From the NCBI GenBank assembly GCA_049852185.1, contig CP187540.1: a stretch of 64,000 nt of DNA; one strand, given 5' to 3'. Below, one piece after another: positions 21,587-31,814 of this stretch. The stretch comes from Methanocaldococcus sp. 28A (GTDB taxonomy: Archaea; AGJL01; Methanococci; Methanococcales; Methanocaldococcaceae). The translations under genes and the position numbers were made by a program. Each line of letters starts with the position of its first letter. Position 1 is the stretch's first letter. A model generated the notes under the pieces. The model was not told the origin of the DNA. It saw only the letters and a program-made list of their open reading frames with translations, and made no database searches.

Positions 21587-21622
21587 TCGATGTGCCTCCC
21601 TTAAACGGGTTCGGCACATCGA
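21587..21622 (-). promoter_or_regulatory. Archaeal SECIS element in the selD 3' UTR
   Basis: mRNA UCGAUGUGCC-GAA-CCC-GUUUAA-GGG-A-GGCACAUCGA: 10-bp stem, GAA/A internal loop and three C-G pairs, matching the Methanococcales SECIS consensus. Confidence 0.93.
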
Positions 21623-21659
21623 CTAAAGACGTTTTTACATAGAATCTTTAATAGATATG

Positions 21660-21681
21660 AACTGCCCAGCACCGAGTTAGA
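21660..21681 (-). other. 22-nt antisense box at the selD stop codon, complementary to 22641-22662
   Basis: Plus strand AACTGCCCAGCACCGAGTTAGA is the exact reverse complement of TCTAACTCGGTGCTGGGCAGTT at 22641-22662. Confidence 0.95.
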
Positions 21682-22726
21682 CTTCAACTATTTCAACATC
21701 TTTACTTAATATCGCTTTTCCTTCACCTTTTTTCTTTACTTTTCCAACTTCAAAAGCATAACATTTAGCTTTTTCTAATTCATTAATTAAATCATCTTTA
21801 TATTCTTTTTTTGCAGATATTAGTAATCCTCCCGCAGTTTCTGCTCCATATCCTTCCAATAATGCATGGCCAAATAATTTACTCAACTCAGGAGTCTTTT
21901 TTATGCATGGTAAAGTATGGATTTCTATTAAAACATTGCTGTTCTTAGCCATTTCATTTGAATGTCCCAATATTCCAAATCCAGTAATATCAGTTAAGGC
22001 ATTTGCTATTTTATCTCCAACTCTTTCTTCTGCTTTTCTTAAAGCCATTAATCCATATCTATTTGATGTTGTCATTATTTCTATTGCTTTATCTATAATG
22101 TACTTTTTTTCCTCATCAGTAATGTTGATTAAATCTTTAAATTCCTCGGGAATCCTTGATAATGCCATCGCTGTTTGAGTTCCTAAGGGTTTTGTTAATA
22201 TTAAAATATCTCCCTCCTTAGCTCCACTTTTTGTTAGAACTTCTTCTTCTCTTCCAACGCCAGTAACTGCTCCTCCAATCAAAGGCCATGGGTTTAGTAT
22301 AGTATGCCCACCAACAATTGAGGTCTTATTTTCTCTACAAAAGTCTTGAAATCCTTTTAACATCTCCCTAACTATTTGTATTGGAAGTTTTTCAGGAATT
22401 CCAACAATTGCTAAAACACCTACTATATCTAATAATCCCATAGCGTAGATATCGCTTGTTGAATTACAGGCAGCTATCTTTCCTTGTATATATGGATTAT
22501 CTACAATCGGAGTGAAAACATCTACAGTCTTTGCAATGACTAATCCATTTCTTTTAATTACTGATGCATCATCACCTAATCCAACCAAAATATTTTTGTC
22601 TGATAAATCCTCTTCATTAACTATTCCTTTAACTAAAGACTCTAACTCGGTGCTGGGCAGTTTACAAGCTCATCCATGTAATTTAACCAATTCAGTTAAT
22701 TTTATTTTTTCATCTACTTTTTCCAT
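21677..22726 (-). CDS. selD: Selenophosphate synthetase, selenoprotein (UGA = Sec19), 349 aa
   Basis: Reading through TGA at 22672-22670 gives MEKVDEKIKLTELVKLHG-U-ACKLPSTELE with a GGTGA RBS; GDDA, TVDVFTP, GGHT, DITGFG motifs; the ORF track misses the N-terminus. Confidence 0.96.
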
Positions 22727-23239
22727 ATTTTCACCAGTGAAAGTTATAAATTTATAAACCTAACCAATAACTAATTCTATTAATAAATTTGATGAGCTAT
22801 AAAATACTACCAATTAGACTTTCTAATAACCTTTGAGTTATTAAAGTTTTATATTCTTCAAAATACCATAAAGATGTTAAGAAATAGCTCACAATTGCAT
22901 TTGCCCAAGCTTATATATTTTGGAATCTTATTATCATGGTATTTTATGTTTAGATATAGGGGATTTTAAACCAAATTTTAACTTATTTAAACGCTTAGAG
23001 TGCTATGATAATGAGATTGTAAATTATTTGTTTGAATGCAAAATATTTATGAATTGGATTTATTATTGGATGAGAGTTATAAAAACTCCAATATAAGAAA
23101 TGAGCTATCAAAAACTATAAAAATTAGAGCAATTGAGCTTTATAAAAGGATATATTAATTGAATATAGACACCTAATGGTGTCAAAGTTCTAAATTTAAT
23201 ATGTAATCTGCGAAAGTCCTATTTTAAGGATGTGAGAGA

Positions 23240-24367
23240 ATGATAAGCAATAGATGTAAGAATATAAAACCATCAGCAATTAGAGAAGTATTTAATTTAG
23301 CAACCTCTGACTGTATAAATTTGGGAATTGGTGAGCCAGATTTTGATACTCCAAAACATATTATTGAGGAAGCAAAAAAAGCATTAGATGAAGGAAAAAC
23401 TCACTACTCTCCAAATAATGGAATTCCAGAGCTTAGAGAAGAGATAAGTAACAAATTAAAGAAAGATTATAATTTAGATATTAATAAGGACAATATTATT
23501 GTAACCTGTGGAGCTTCAGAGGCGTTAATGCTTTCCATTATGACTTTGGTTGATAGAGGGGATGAGGTTTTAATCCCTAATCCATCTTTTGTGTCTTACT
23601 TTTCATTAACAGAGTTCGCTGAAGGGAAGATTAAGAGTATAAATTTAGATGATAATTTTGATATTGATTTAGAGCAAGTTAAGGAATCAATAACCAAAAA
23701 AACAAAATTAATAATCTTTAACTCTCCAGCAAACCCTACTGGAAAAGTTTATGATAAAGAAACTATTAAAGGATTGGCTGAGATAGCTGAAGATTACAAT
23801 TTAATTATTGTTTCAGATGAAGTTTATGATAAAATTATTTATGAGAAAAAACATTTCTCACCAATGCAATTTACTGATAGATGTATATTAATTAATGGAT
23901 TTTCTAAAACCTATGCTATGACTGGCTGGAGAATTGGTTATTTGGCTGTTTCTGATTCACTAAATAAGGAGTTGGATTTAATCAACAATATGATAAAAAT
24001 ACACCAATACAGCTTTGCCTGTGCTACAACTTTTGCTCAATATGGTGCTTTATCTGCCTTAAGAGGTAGTCAAAGATGTGTTGAAGAGATGGTTAATGAT
24101 TTTAGAAAAAGGAGAGATTTAATTTATAAGGGGTTGAAGGATATTTTTAAAGTTAATAAACCTGATGGAGCTTTCTACATATTCCCAAATGTGTCTGAGT
24201 ATGGTGATGGAGTAGAGGTTGCTAAAAAGTTAATTGAAAATAAAGTTCTATGTGTTCCAGGAATTGCGTTTGGTGAAAATGGAGCTAACTACATTAGGTT
24301 TAGTTATGCTACAAAATATGATGATATCGAAAAAGCTATTGAGATAATAAAAAAGATTTTTATTTAA
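23240..24367 (+). CDS. Aspartate aminotransferase (class I PLP enzyme)
   Basis: NLGIGEPDF, NSPANPTG, SDEVY, GFSKTYAMTGWRIG. Confidence 0.92.
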   Translation: MISNRCKNIKPSAIREVFNLATSDCINLGIGEPDFDTPKHIIEEAKKALDEGKTHYSPNNGIPELREEISNKLKKDYNLDINKDNIIVTCGASEALMLSIMTLVDRGDEVLIPNPSFVSYFSLTEFAEGKIKSINLDDNFDIDLEQVKESITKKTKLIIFNSPANPTGKVYDKETIKGLAEIAEDYNLIIVSDEVYDKIIYEKKHFSPMQFTDRCILINGFSKTYAMTGWRIGYLAVSDSLNKELDLINNMIKIHQYSFACATTFAQYGALSALRGSQRCVEEMVNDFRKRRDLIYKGLKDIFKVNKPDGAFYIFPNVSEYGDGVEVAKKLIENKVLCVPGIAFGENGANYIRFSYATKYDDIEKAIEIIKKIFI

Positions 24368-24411
24368 ATCTGAATAAGATTAAGATTTTTAGCATAATAC
24401 TTTACATGAAT

Positions 24412-25884
24412 TTATGCTGTTTGATGTTTCTCTTTCCACTCCTTTAATATCCTATCCCAGTTTTTCCTTAAGAAATCTCCAACTTGAGAAGAATCTCTTG
24501 TTCCAATAATACAAGTCCATCCAGTTTTATCCTCAATATCTCCTCTTGTTGATGCTGCTAATGCTGGTAAAATTATTATTCTGTGGCTAACTTTATCAGC
24601 AATTCCTGTCTCTTCAATTAGTTTCTTAGCGTTCTCTCCATTATATTGCCCTCCTGCAACTGAAACATCAACAGCCTTTCCTCCAGTATCCATTACTAAT
24701 AACCAACAAGTGACATTGTCTTTTTCAAAATCTCCTGTAACTGTGTAGAATGTTAATGAGAAGTTTGTTGTTAATATAACTGGGCTATTTTCATCTGGAT
24801 TGCCAATTGGATATAAGCCAGGTTCAACTGCCTGTGGTTTTCTTGGGTCTGTGTAAATACATTGTCTCAATGTTAATACTGGCATTAATTCCCAAATATC
24901 CATTCCATGCATAATTAAGGCATCAGCATATCTATTCATTAATGTAGCTGCAATAGTAGCTTCAAACATCTTAGCAACAACCTCTTTATCATCAAAGAAT
25001 CCAGACATTGGGCAGTCATTATTTAAAGCGTAATAGTAGGCGTTAATTGGTAAATTCAATATTGGAAATCCTAAGTATTTATCTTCTTTCTCAATAGCAC
25101 TTCTTCTAATCATTACATTTAAATCTAATGTTTCAGCAATATTTTCAGGATATGTATGAGGCTCCAAAACCAAATCCTCAATACCATTAGCTAAGCACTT
25201 TGCAGCCATGTTTTTTAAATCTTTAACGTTATTTGATGATAAAACCAAAACTATATCCTTTTCTTTTTTAAGCTCTTTAATAACTTTTATAAAATCATTC
25301 AGAGTATCTTTTGTTGCAGCATAAATCATAGGTTTTGATTTAACTACCTTTAAAGCTTCTTTTATAACCTCTGGATTTAATGAGGCAATACAAATAGGCA
25401 TTTTTGTTTCTTTTTCCACAATCTCTATAGCTTTTTTGAATTTCTCAACATCTCCAGATGCATTTCTTATAACAATAAAGTCTAATTTTAATTGTTCTCC
25501 AGTTCTTTCAAATACAAAATTCTCTATTTCCTTAGCTTTATTCTTAATTTCCTCTTCACTTAACTCATCACTAATATCAATACCAATTGGTGTAGGGTTG
25601 AAGAATGACAATTGATATCTATACATTACTTCATCTCCACCCATAACAGCTTTTTTCTCATTATTTCCAAACCACACTTCCTTTACAGGTGGAGATATAA
25701 GCTCTATAATCTTTTTTCTATTTTTTTCAAACTTTGGAGTATTTAGAATAGGACATTGGTCAACACTTGCCTCTTTTTCTAACAATTTTGTAGCAAATGC
25801 CATACATGATGGTTGCCCACATTTTTTACAGTTTGTTTTTGGTAATAATTTATAAATATCCATTGCACTAACTTTTTTTGGCAT
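24412..25884 (-). CDS. cdhE: Acetyl-CoA decarbonylase/synthase gamma subunit
   Basis: LPKTNCKKCG..SCMAFA Fe-S motif, YTDPRKPQ, TTNFSLT. Confidence 0.95.
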   Translation of the reverse strand: MPKKVSAMDIYKLLPKTNCKKCGQPSCMAFATKLLEKEASVDQCPILNTPKFEKNRKKIIELISPPVKEVWFGNNEKKAVMGGDEVMYRYQLSFFNPTPIGIDISDELSEEEIKNKAKEIENFVFERTGEQLKLDFIVIRNASGDVEKFKKAIEIVEKETKMPICIASLNPEVIKEALKVVKSKPMIYAATKDTLNDFIKVIKELKKEKDIVLVLSSNNVKDLKNMAAKCLANGIEDLVLEPHTYPENIAETLDLNVMIRRSAIEKEDKYLGFPILNLPINAYYYALNNDCPMSGFFDDKEVVAKMFEATIAATLMNRYADALIMHGMDIWELMPVLTLRQCIYTDPRKPQAVEPGLYPIGNPDENSPVILTTNFSLTFYTVTGDFEKDNVTCWLLVMDTGGKAVDVSVAGGQYNGENAKKLIEETGIADKVSHRIIILPALAASTRGDIEDKTGWTCIIGTRDSSQVGDFLRKNWDRILKEWKEKHQTA

Positions 25885-25922
25885 TTAATCACCTCAGAAT
25901 TAAATATTTTAAAATTACAATT

Positions 25923-27113
25923 TTATGATTTTGCTGTAATCCACTCATAATTGTTGGTATTTAATTTAACCTCTCCCGGCTTAGTAATTAGTGTTTTTCC
26001 AATCTCTTTTAATGTTTTTACAGCAATTGGGTTAAGCATCATGAATAAATCAACTCCACACATCATCATTGTGATTCCAGTAGTTATTTCCCATAATGGC
26101 AATCTATACTCTCTTGGTCCCCACTCTTTGTTAGCCATCCATGCTTCTCTTGCTCCATTAGCGTTTGTTGTTCCAGAGGACATTGGCATATTAACTAACT
26201 CATCCCCTTTTAACCCATTCAATCTTAGTCTTGTCATTGCATTGATTGAGAACTCAATTCCATATCCTAAAGCACATGTTGTAGGGTCCATAACTATTCT
26301 ATTTGGGTCTAAGCCAGCTTCAATTAACTTTCTGTTTAAATCTCTCGCCATGTTTGGGTCCATAATACTCCATGCCAATACATTATGGTCATATTTCATA
26401 GCCGCATCAACTATCTTTTTATAATCCAATTCTAAGTTTGCTGAAGCTAATAAACATCTATCTCCTTCTGTAACTTCAGCACACGCTTCTAAAACTAACG
26501 GGTCTTTTTGAGGGTTTCCACTACCTCCAATAACAAATGGAACATCAACAGCTTGTAATAAATCTTCCATTAATTTTGCTGCCTCTTTAGGACTTTTATC
26601 TTTAATTTTTGGGTCTGTTGAGATATGGTGGATTGTTATCATATCTGCTCCAAATTCTTTAACACACTTCTTTGCCCATTCGCAAGGGTCTTCCATAACA
26701 TCTTGGAAAAATTCTCTAATTGGTTTTGGCAATCCAGGCATTGGTATATCAAAAATATCAAATGTAACAACTGGTGGATTTGGTTGTGGTTCTTCAAATC
26801 TATATAAAGCTTTTTGCCCACCAATTTTTACAACAACACCTCTCCCTCCTTCTGATTTTGGTTTTCCAAATTGAACTTCTCTAATATAACCAGGGTATCT
26901 TTCAACTGGTGGTTGCCAATCTAATTCTGGGACATCTTTAATTTCGATTATTCCCTCATCAGCTAATTTTTCTTTTATTGATGGTGTTTGAGGAATAACT
27001 ACTGGAGGGGCCGATGGAATGTTTATTATTAGCTCGTCGGTAGTAATTATTATATTTTCAATCTCTATCTTTCCAACTTTTTCAATAATTTTTATCAAAG
27101 TATTTAAATCCAT
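25923..27113 (-). CDS. cdhD: Acetyl-CoA decarbonylase/synthase delta subunit
   Basis: IGGSGNPQKDP, MDPTTCALGYG, GAREAW; start moved to MDLNT after GGTGA. Confidence 0.93.
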   Translation of the reverse strand: MDLNTLIKIIEKVGKIEIENIIITTDELIINIPSAPPVVIPQTPSIKEKLADEGIIEIKDVPELDWQPPVERYPGYIREVQFGKPKSEGGRGVVVKIGGQKALYRFEEPQPNPPVVTFDIFDIPMPGLPKPIREFFQDVMEDPCEWAKKCVKEFGADMITIHHISTDPKIKDKSPKEAAKLMEDLLQAVDVPFVIGGSGNPQKDPLVLEACAEVTEGDRCLLASANLELDYKKIVDAAMKYDHNVLAWSIMDPNMARDLNRKLIEAGLDPNRIVMDPTTCALGYGIEFSINAMTRLRLNGLKGDELVNMPMSSGTTNANGAREAWMANKEWGPREYRLPLWEITTGITMMMCGVDLFMMLNPIAVKTLKEIGKTLITKPGEVKLNTNNYEWITAKS

Positions 27114-27300
27114 ATAATCACCTAATCTGTCATTATAAATCATTATAGATTAGATTGATACTCTATTAAATTTAATATATAAACGTTATTATTTCAGTTT
27201 TTTAAAGGAAAATTTTAAAAAAATACAAGAATATTTTACTTTCTTTAGCTATTAATTTAGTTAATATGTATATCATATCTTTACGTGAATAACCTTTAAA

Positions 27301-27388
27301 TAGGACTTTTGCAGTTATAAATAATAACAATGAACTTTGAAGCCTTTGGTATCAATATTTTCCTTGATTGAATCTTCAAAATGCCTAT
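27301..27388. mobile_element. MITE family B copy directly upstream of tRNA-Sec
   Basis: TAGGACTTTTGCAG left end, degenerate AAAATGCCTA right end. Confidence 0.7.
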
Positions 27389-27394
27389 TAATGT

Positions 27395-27486
27395 GGCGCG
27401 GGGTACCGGGCTTGGTAGCCCGGGGCGGACTTCAGATCCGTCGAGGGCGAATGCCCTCGGGGTTCGATTCCCCCCCTGCGCCGCCA
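27395..27486 (+). tRNA. selC: tRNA-Sec(TCA)
   Basis: 9-bp acceptor GGCGCGGGG/CCCTGCGCC, long D stem CCGGGCT/AGCCCGG, anticodon arm GCGGA-CT-TCA-GA-TCCGT, long variable arm, 4-bp T stem, GCCA end. Confidence 0.95.
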
Positions 27487-27505
27487 ATACTTTTTTTGTG
27501 AGATT

Positions 27506-28414
27506 ATGGAAAAAGTATATTCAAAATTTGGGAGAGTTGATGATTTAAAAGAAATTATTTCTGGATTAGCTAATTTTACAGGAATTATTAGAATAGATAA
27601 CGCCCTCTTATATTATATAAACTCAAAGCTAATCTCATCAAAGCTAAATGGTAGAGAAAAAAGTTTAGAAGAGATATTTTCACAAATTCCTGATGAATTT
27701 TTAATAGAGATTTATGTTGGAGACGAGAAGGAAATAAAATATGCTTTAAAAAATTTTAAACCAGATGAATCTATTGTAGAGGTTTCAAAATTAAGTTTGG
27801 TTTTTGATAACTCATTTATTCTAAATTCTTATAATGATATATATAAATATATAACTTCTATTGATAAAGTTGTTTTTATACCAAAAAGATTTAAAAACGA
27901 AAAAGCAGTAGTTATTTATAAAAATAAAAGAGAGATTTTTGCAGTATATTTTGGAAAGAAAATATTGTTTGGAAAAAAAGCTATTAGTAAATTAAAAACT
28001 ACATTTGCTGTTAGTGAGATGATTGCAAAAATTGAAAAAATCTCTAACGAAGAATTGAACTCGTTAAAGAGGAAATATCCTGAAGGTGTTTTGTTATTTG
28101 GAGAATCTCTTAATGATGTGATTAAAAAAATAACGTCATCAAAAGAGGCAATTATTTTAGAAAATACATCATTAATGGATGCCTTATCTAATGGAACATG
28201 TTTAATTAGAATTGAGGGTAGTGAAGAAGGATATATAATTGCTAAAGAAGGAAAGCCAACATATGCATTTTTAAAAGATTTTGATGGAGAAAAAAGTTAT
28301 AGATTACTAAAAAGTATGTGTATAGTTGAGGATGTTAAATATTATATTTATAAGTTATCAAAAGAAGAATATGATATGTTTAAAGCATTTCAAGAAAATA
28401 GGATTACATTTTAA
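27506..28414 (+). CDS. Methanococcales hypothetical protein (DUF2226-like repeats)
   Basis: 302 aa ORF with typical codon usage. Confidence 0.7.
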   Translation: MEKVYSKFGRVDDLKEIISGLANFTGIIRIDNALLYYINSKLISSKLNGREKSLEEIFSQIPDEFLIEIYVGDEKEIKYALKNFKPDESIVEVSKLSLVFDNSFILNSYNDIYKYITSIDKVVFIPKRFKNEKAVVIYKNKREIFAVYFGKKILFGKKAISKLKTTFAVSEMIAKIEKISNEELNSLKRKYPEGVLLFGESLNDVIKKITSSKEAIILENTSLMDALSNGTCLIRIEGSEEGYIIAKEGKPTYAFLKDFDGEKSYRLLKSMCIVEDVKYYIYKLSKEEYDMFKAFQENRITF

Positions 28415-28878
28415 TCTTTGTCTATCATCTTTATAGCCATTTCATAAGCTTTCTTTAAATCTCCAGTTTCTAAGATACATTTTTCAGCAATGTCTTTTGG
28501 AATACCTTTTTTTACAAAAACATCTACTGCCTCTTTAAAGAACTGACTATTTTTTATAATTTCATTGGCAAGCTCTTTTTTTAGTTCCATATATTCATCT
28601 GGGGTTATATTATTTTTAGCAAGTTCATAATCTCTATAAGGACAGGGCTTTGTTATTTTGCAACACCACACTAAACTACCAAAGCAGGTATTTTTCCCTA
28701 ATCCAAGCTTTGTTCTTTTTCCAAACTCTTCTTTTATTTTTATAAACTCTTCTGGAGTCATTTTTAATATAGCCAATGCTTTATGAATAGGACAGTATTT
28801 TATTGGGGGACAGCAAAAAGCTAATCCTCTCAAATCTCCTCCTCTACAAATATGAGATGGAGCATTATTCCAACCCAT
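28411..28878 (-). CDS. Methanogenesis marker 9 domain protein
   Basis: [34 protein letters not shown]. Confidence 0.88.
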   Translation of the reverse strand: MGWNNAPSHICRGGDLRGLAFCCPPIKYCPIHKALAILKMTPEEFIKIKEEFGKRTKLGLGKNTCFGSLVWCCKITKPCPYRDYELAKNNITPDEYMELKKELANEIIKNSQFFKEAVDVFVKKGIPKDIAEKCILETGDLKKAYEMAIKMIDKD

Positions 28879-28945
28879 AATTTCACCATAAGATTTTGTT
28901 TAATTCTTTAAAAAAGTTTCTGTAATAATTTTTGAGTAGATACTT

Positions 28946-29039
28946 TAGGACTTTTACAATTTTTTATATTTTATTATTGGTATCAATAATGCTAAAAGCT
29001 TCAAAGTTCATTGTTATATATATCTCTGCGAAAGTCCTA
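28946..29039. mobile_element. MITE family B copy
   Basis: TAGGACTTTTACA...CTGCGAAAGTCCTA, 94 bp. Confidence 0.8.
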
Positions 29040-29067
29040 TTAAAACAAAAAAAGATTGTATAAGATA

Positions 29068-30153
29068 TTATGAGATAATCTTGTCAATCATATCCAACTG
29101 CAAAGCCATTTTTATCTCTCTTGCTATTCTCTGCCCCATACTCAATGGCTCTCCATTGTATAAGAAAGAGTATGGGCTACCATTCATAAAGCTGTTTGTT
29201 CCTCCATCAGTTCTTGCACTCATCTCAAAGACAACTAATTCAAGATTTTCATTGCACAAGCTTTGTAAGCAGAATGGTCCAATCATTCCTGGTGGGACAA
29301 GCTCTTTAGCCTTAGCAACTAACTTATCTCCCATTTCAAAAACTTGTGGTAATAAACTCTCTCTAATAACAACTGGAATATTTCCAGTAATAACATAACT
29401 TGGATTTATTTCCATTTCTAATTGGTCTTTTGCTGGAATTCTAACTAAACCATCTATATTACTTTCATATCTCTTATCCATTCCTAATAACTCAACTTCA
29501 TCTTTTAGTGGAGAGTAGAAGTAATGAATGCAAAAGTTAGTTCCTACAACATACTCTTCTATATGTGCATTTGCAATATCTTCATCAGTTAATATTCCCC
29601 TCTTTTTTAATTCTTCAGCCTTTTTGTAAAATTCTTCTGTTGATGAAGCTATAAAGTAACCTCTCCCACCTCTTGCTCCTGGGAATTTAACTATAACAGT
29701 TCCATCAATATCTTCTGGACTTTCATACTTTTTAGGAACTCTTATTCCTGCTTCTCTTAACAATTTTCCTTCTAAGCTTCTCTCTGATTCCCATCTTAAT
29801 ATTCTTCTGTTTCCAAACATTGGAACTAAAAAATTATTTTCTACATTGTTTAAACCACAGTAAGCTATAAAAGAGCCGTGAGGAACAACTATAGCGTTTA
29901 ACTCTCTTAACTTCTCCTGAATCTCTTCATTTTTTATATCAGAGAAATTATCGACATATATAAATTTATCAGCAACTTTAAACCTCTTGTATGGAACATC
30001 TCTTCCTTTCATAGTTATACATACAGTAGAAAAGCCCTCTAACTTAGCTCCTTTTAAAATATGCAAAGAGGTATGGCTTCCTAATGTTGCAATTGTTATC
30101 TCATCTTTGTTGTATTTATCAAAAATCTCTAAAATCTCATCCTTTGAAATCAT
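29068..30153 (-). CDS. purP: FAICAR synthetase (formate-dependent, ATP-grasp)
   Basis: ATLGSHTSL, GARGGRGYF, GPFCLQ, RTDGGTN. Confidence 0.94.
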   Translation of the reverse strand: MISKDEILEIFDKYNKDEITIATLGSHTSLHILKGAKLEGFSTVCITMKGRDVPYKRFKVADKFIYVDNFSDIKNEEIQEKLRELNAIVVPHGSFIAYCGLNNVENNFLVPMFGNRRILRWESERSLEGKLLREAGIRVPKKYESPEDIDGTVIVKFPGARGGRGYFIASSTEEFYKKAEELKKRGILTDEDIANAHIEEYVVGTNFCIHYFYSPLKDEVELLGMDKRYESNIDGLVRIPAKDQLEMEINPSYVITGNIPVVIRESLLPQVFEMGDKLVAKAKELVPPGMIGPFCLQSLCNENLELVVFEMSARTDGGTNSFMNGSPYSFLYNGEPLSMGQRIAREIKMALQLDMIDKIIS

Positions 30154-30277
30154 TTATTTCACCTAAATATAAGGTTTTTTGTAGTATCTTTAATATTTAA
30201 AATATAAAATGCTTACTGCTTAAACCAAGTAGAAATTAATAAATAAATATAAACTTATGAGGAGTTGAGGGATAATT

Positions 30278-30970
30278 ATGATTATTATTGGTATTGATGA
30301 AGCTGGAAGAGGACCTGTTTTGGGTCCAATGGTTGTTTGTGCTTATGCTATTAAAAAAGATAAAGAAGAGGAGTTAAAAAAATTGGGAGTTAAAGATAGT
30401 AAGGAGCTAACTAAAAATAAAAGAGCTTATTTAAAAAAATTGCTTGAAAATTTGGGATGTGTGGAGAAATTAATTTTAGAGGCAGAGAAAATAAATGAGC
30501 TAATGAACTCTATCAACTTAAACGAGATTGAAATTAATGCTTTTTCTGAAGTTGCTAAAAATATAATAGAAAAGTTAGATATAAAAGATGAAGAAGTTGA
30601 GATTTATTTAGATGCATGTAGCACAAATGCTAAAAAATTTGAAGATAAATTTAAAGAAAAAATAGGAGATATAATTAAAGAAAGAAATTTAAAAGTAAAA
30701 ATTATAGCTGAACATAAGGCAGATGCTAAATATCTTGTAGTTTCAGCCGCTTCAATAATAGCAAAGGCAGAGAGAGATGAGATAATAGATAACTACAAAA
30801 AAATTTATGGAGATATAGGAAGTGGCTACCCCTCAGACCCAAAGACCATAAAATTCCTCGAAGATTACTTTAAAAAACATAAAAAACTTCCTGATATTGC
30901 AAGAACTCATTGGAAAACCTGTCAAAGAATTTTAAACAAATTAAAACAGACAAAATTAGTAATAGAGTGA
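30278..30970 (+). CDS. rnhB: Ribonuclease HII
   Basis: GIDEAGRGPVLGP, VKDSK, EHKAD, GSGYPSDP. Confidence 0.97.
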   Translation: MIIIGIDEAGRGPVLGPMVVCAYAIKKDKEEELKKLGVKDSKELTKNKRAYLKKLLENLGCVEKLILEAEKINELMNSINLNEIEINAFSEVAKNIIEKLDIKDEEVEIYLDACSTNAKKFEDKFKEKIGDIIKERNLKVKIIAEHKADAKYLVVSAASIIAKAERDEIIDNYKKIYGDIGSGYPSDPKTIKFLEDYFKKHKKLPDIARTHWKTCQRILNKLKQTKLVIE

Positions 30971-30975
30971 TTATC

Positions 30976-31812
30976 ATGTTTGCTTATAAATTATTGGTGG
31001 ATGAAAGAGGAAAGAGATATTTATTAAAAAAGAATGTTGAGAAGTTTGGAACAGATTTAGGAATTGTAGATATGAAAGGAGTTGAGGAAGGTGTTGAATT
31101 AAAATCTCATAAAGGGTATAGATTTTATTTAGTAGAGCCAACAATGTTTGATATCTTAAAGAGAATGAAGAGGACAGTAACTACTTTATTACCAAAAGAT
31201 ATTGGGTTCATTATAGCAAGAGCTGGAATTAGAGAGGGAGAAACAGTCGTTGAGGCAGGAACTGGTTCGGGAGCTTTAACTATGTATCTATCAAATGCTG
31301 TTGGTAAAACAGGAAAAGTTATTACTTATGATATAAGACCAGAATTTGCCAAAGTTGCAAGAAAGAATTTGTTGCGAGTAGGAGCCATTAGAAAAGGGCA
31401 AAAAATTATAGGTTTAGATGAAGAGTTTGATGATGAAGATGAAATTGATGTTGAAGAAGGACTTTTCAATGTTATCCAAAAAATTGGTGATGTTAGAGAG
31501 AAGATAGATGAGAAAGATGTAGATGTAATTGTTTTAGATTTGCCAGACCCTTGGAATGTTGTAGAGAATGCAAAAAAGGCATTGAATAAAAAAAGAGGAA
31601 GGATAGTTACTTATCTTCCATATATAGAGCAGGTTAAAAAGACAGTAGAGAAGCTCAAAGAGGAAGGATTTTGGGATATATACACTTATGAAATAATTGA
31701 GAGAGAAATTGAGATTTCTGAAAAAGGTGTTAGACCTTCAACAAGGATGATTGGACATACAGGTTATATAACTGTTGCGAGAGTTCCTCCTAAATTAGTT
31801 GATGAAGAATAA
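30976..31812 (+). CDS. trmI: tRNA (adenine-57/58-N1)-methyltransferase
   Basis: EAGTGSGALT, LDLPDPW, RMIGHTGY; start moved to MFAYK. Confidence 0.93.
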   Translation: MFAYKLLVDERGKRYLLKKNVEKFGTDLGIVDMKGVEEGVELKSHKGYRFYLVEPTMFDILKRMKRTVTTLLPKDIGFIIARAGIREGETVVEAGTGSGALTMYLSNAVGKTGKVITYDIRPEFAKVARKNLLRVGAIRKGQKIIGLDEEFDDEDEIDVEEGLFNVIQKIGDVREKIDEKDVDVIVLDLPDPWNVVENAKKALNKKRGRIVTYLPYIEQVKKTVEKLKEEGFWDIYTYEIIEREIEISEKGVRPSTRMIGHTGYITVARVPPKLVDEE

Positions 31813-31814
31813 AA

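Noticed and set aside
21677-22588. selD as a 303-aa or truncated gene
   Set aside because: The in-frame TGA is the catalytic Sec in GUACK, supported by the SECIS and tRNA-Sec.
27296-27487. 63-aa ORF on the minus strand
   Set aside because: Antisense to tRNA-Sec and a MITE.
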